A DNA stretch of 56,461 bases, taken from NCBI GenBank assembly GCA_964342675.1, contig CAYFFR010000004.1:1-56461 (forward strand), given 5' to 3'. Below are positions 55,279-56,461 of the stretch, piece by piece. A model generated the notes under the pieces. The model had not been told where the DNA came from. It made no database searches and was given only the letters and a program-made list of their open reading frames with translations. This DNA is from an uncultured Gammaproteobacteria bacterium. Its GTDB lineage: Bacteria; Pseudomonadota; Gammaproteobacteria; Magnimaribacterales; D2472. The stretch's first letter is position 1. The number at the start of each line of letters is the position of its first letter. A program made the translations under genes and the position numbers.

Positions 55279-55763
55279 AAAGAATACTCTCTATGCTCGT
55301 TGAAAATAAACCTGGCGCCTTAGCAAGGGTAGTTGGATTGTTTCACCAACGTGGTTATAACATCGAATCGTTGAACGTTGCACCTGTGTTTGATGGAACA
55401 TACTCGAGACTTACTGTAACAACTAAGGGCACAGAAAACGTGGTAGAGCAAATAACAAAACAAATTAATAAACTTATAGACGTTATTAAAGTTGCTGATC
55501 TGACTGAGGGAGCACATCATGCGACAGAACTATTGTTACTTAAGTTTAAAAAATCTGATCTCAGCTCAAAGATTTCTACTATATTAAAGAACAATAAAAG
55601 ACAAATAATTGAAGATTCAAAAGAAACCTTTATTATTTCTATCATTAATAACTCATCCGATATTGACAATTTACTTGAGAGTATTGGAGAGAAAAATATA
55701 CTTGAGATTGTCAGATCGGGTAGTCTCGGAATACATGAATCGTCAAAAACATTAACGATTTAG
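55275..55763 (+). CDS. ilvH: Acetolactate synthase small subunit
   Basis: ENKPGALARVVGLF..RGYNIESL, EQITKQINKLIDV. Confidence 0.94.
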   Translation: MKRILSMLVENKPGALARVVGLFHQRGYNIESLNVAPVFDGTYSRLTVTTKGTENVVEQITKQINKLIDVIKVADLTEGAHHATELLLLKFKKSDLSSKISTILKNNKRQIIEDSKETFIISIINNSSDIDNLLESIGEKNILEIVRSGSLGIHESSKTLTI

Positions 55764-55769
55764 GAGTAA

Positions 55770-56461
<692 letters not shown>

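Overview
AT-rich, very tightly packed chromosomal segment of a streamlined Gammaproteobacterium. The gene order is Pseudomonas-like but with many genes missing, which suggests a marine SAR86-like lineage (inference). The window opens in the 3' part of a tRNA with a CAT anticodon (Ile2-type). A short accessory stretch follows: two lipoproteins, a trypsin-like protease, katG, a Baeyer-Villiger monooxygenase and a possible 30-aa membrane peptide. The rest is mostly core genes: coaD, mutM, tolC, thiC-parE-parC, argD, a PPi-type phosphofructokinase, mpl, rsfS-rlmH-mrdA-mrdB-mltB-dacA-dat, aroQ-accB-accC-leuS-(insert)-lptE-holA, ilvD-hemB-trxA-rho, rsmD-hemC-hemD, a TetR-MFP-RND efflux unit with two clear operators, bamD, rluD and ilvI-ilvH-ilvC (truncated). 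I found no CRISPR array, integrase, transposase, prophage or recognisable defence system, and I cannot support an unambiguous new multi-gene system. The best leads are: (1) back-to-back start codons 6 bp apart, where each start appears to form the -10 box of the opposite gene, plus a recurring leaderless-mRNA signature; (2) a mycobacterial Rv3169-like unknown gene inserted into leuS-lptE; (3) a stand-alone DsbD N-terminal domain followed by a 10-bp-phased repeat upstream of aroQ-accBC; (4) a thiC with no TPP riboswitch directly abutting topoisomerase IV, with a palindromic operator upstream; (5) an unannotated small membrane ORF. All family calls come from motif recognition only, with no database searches.
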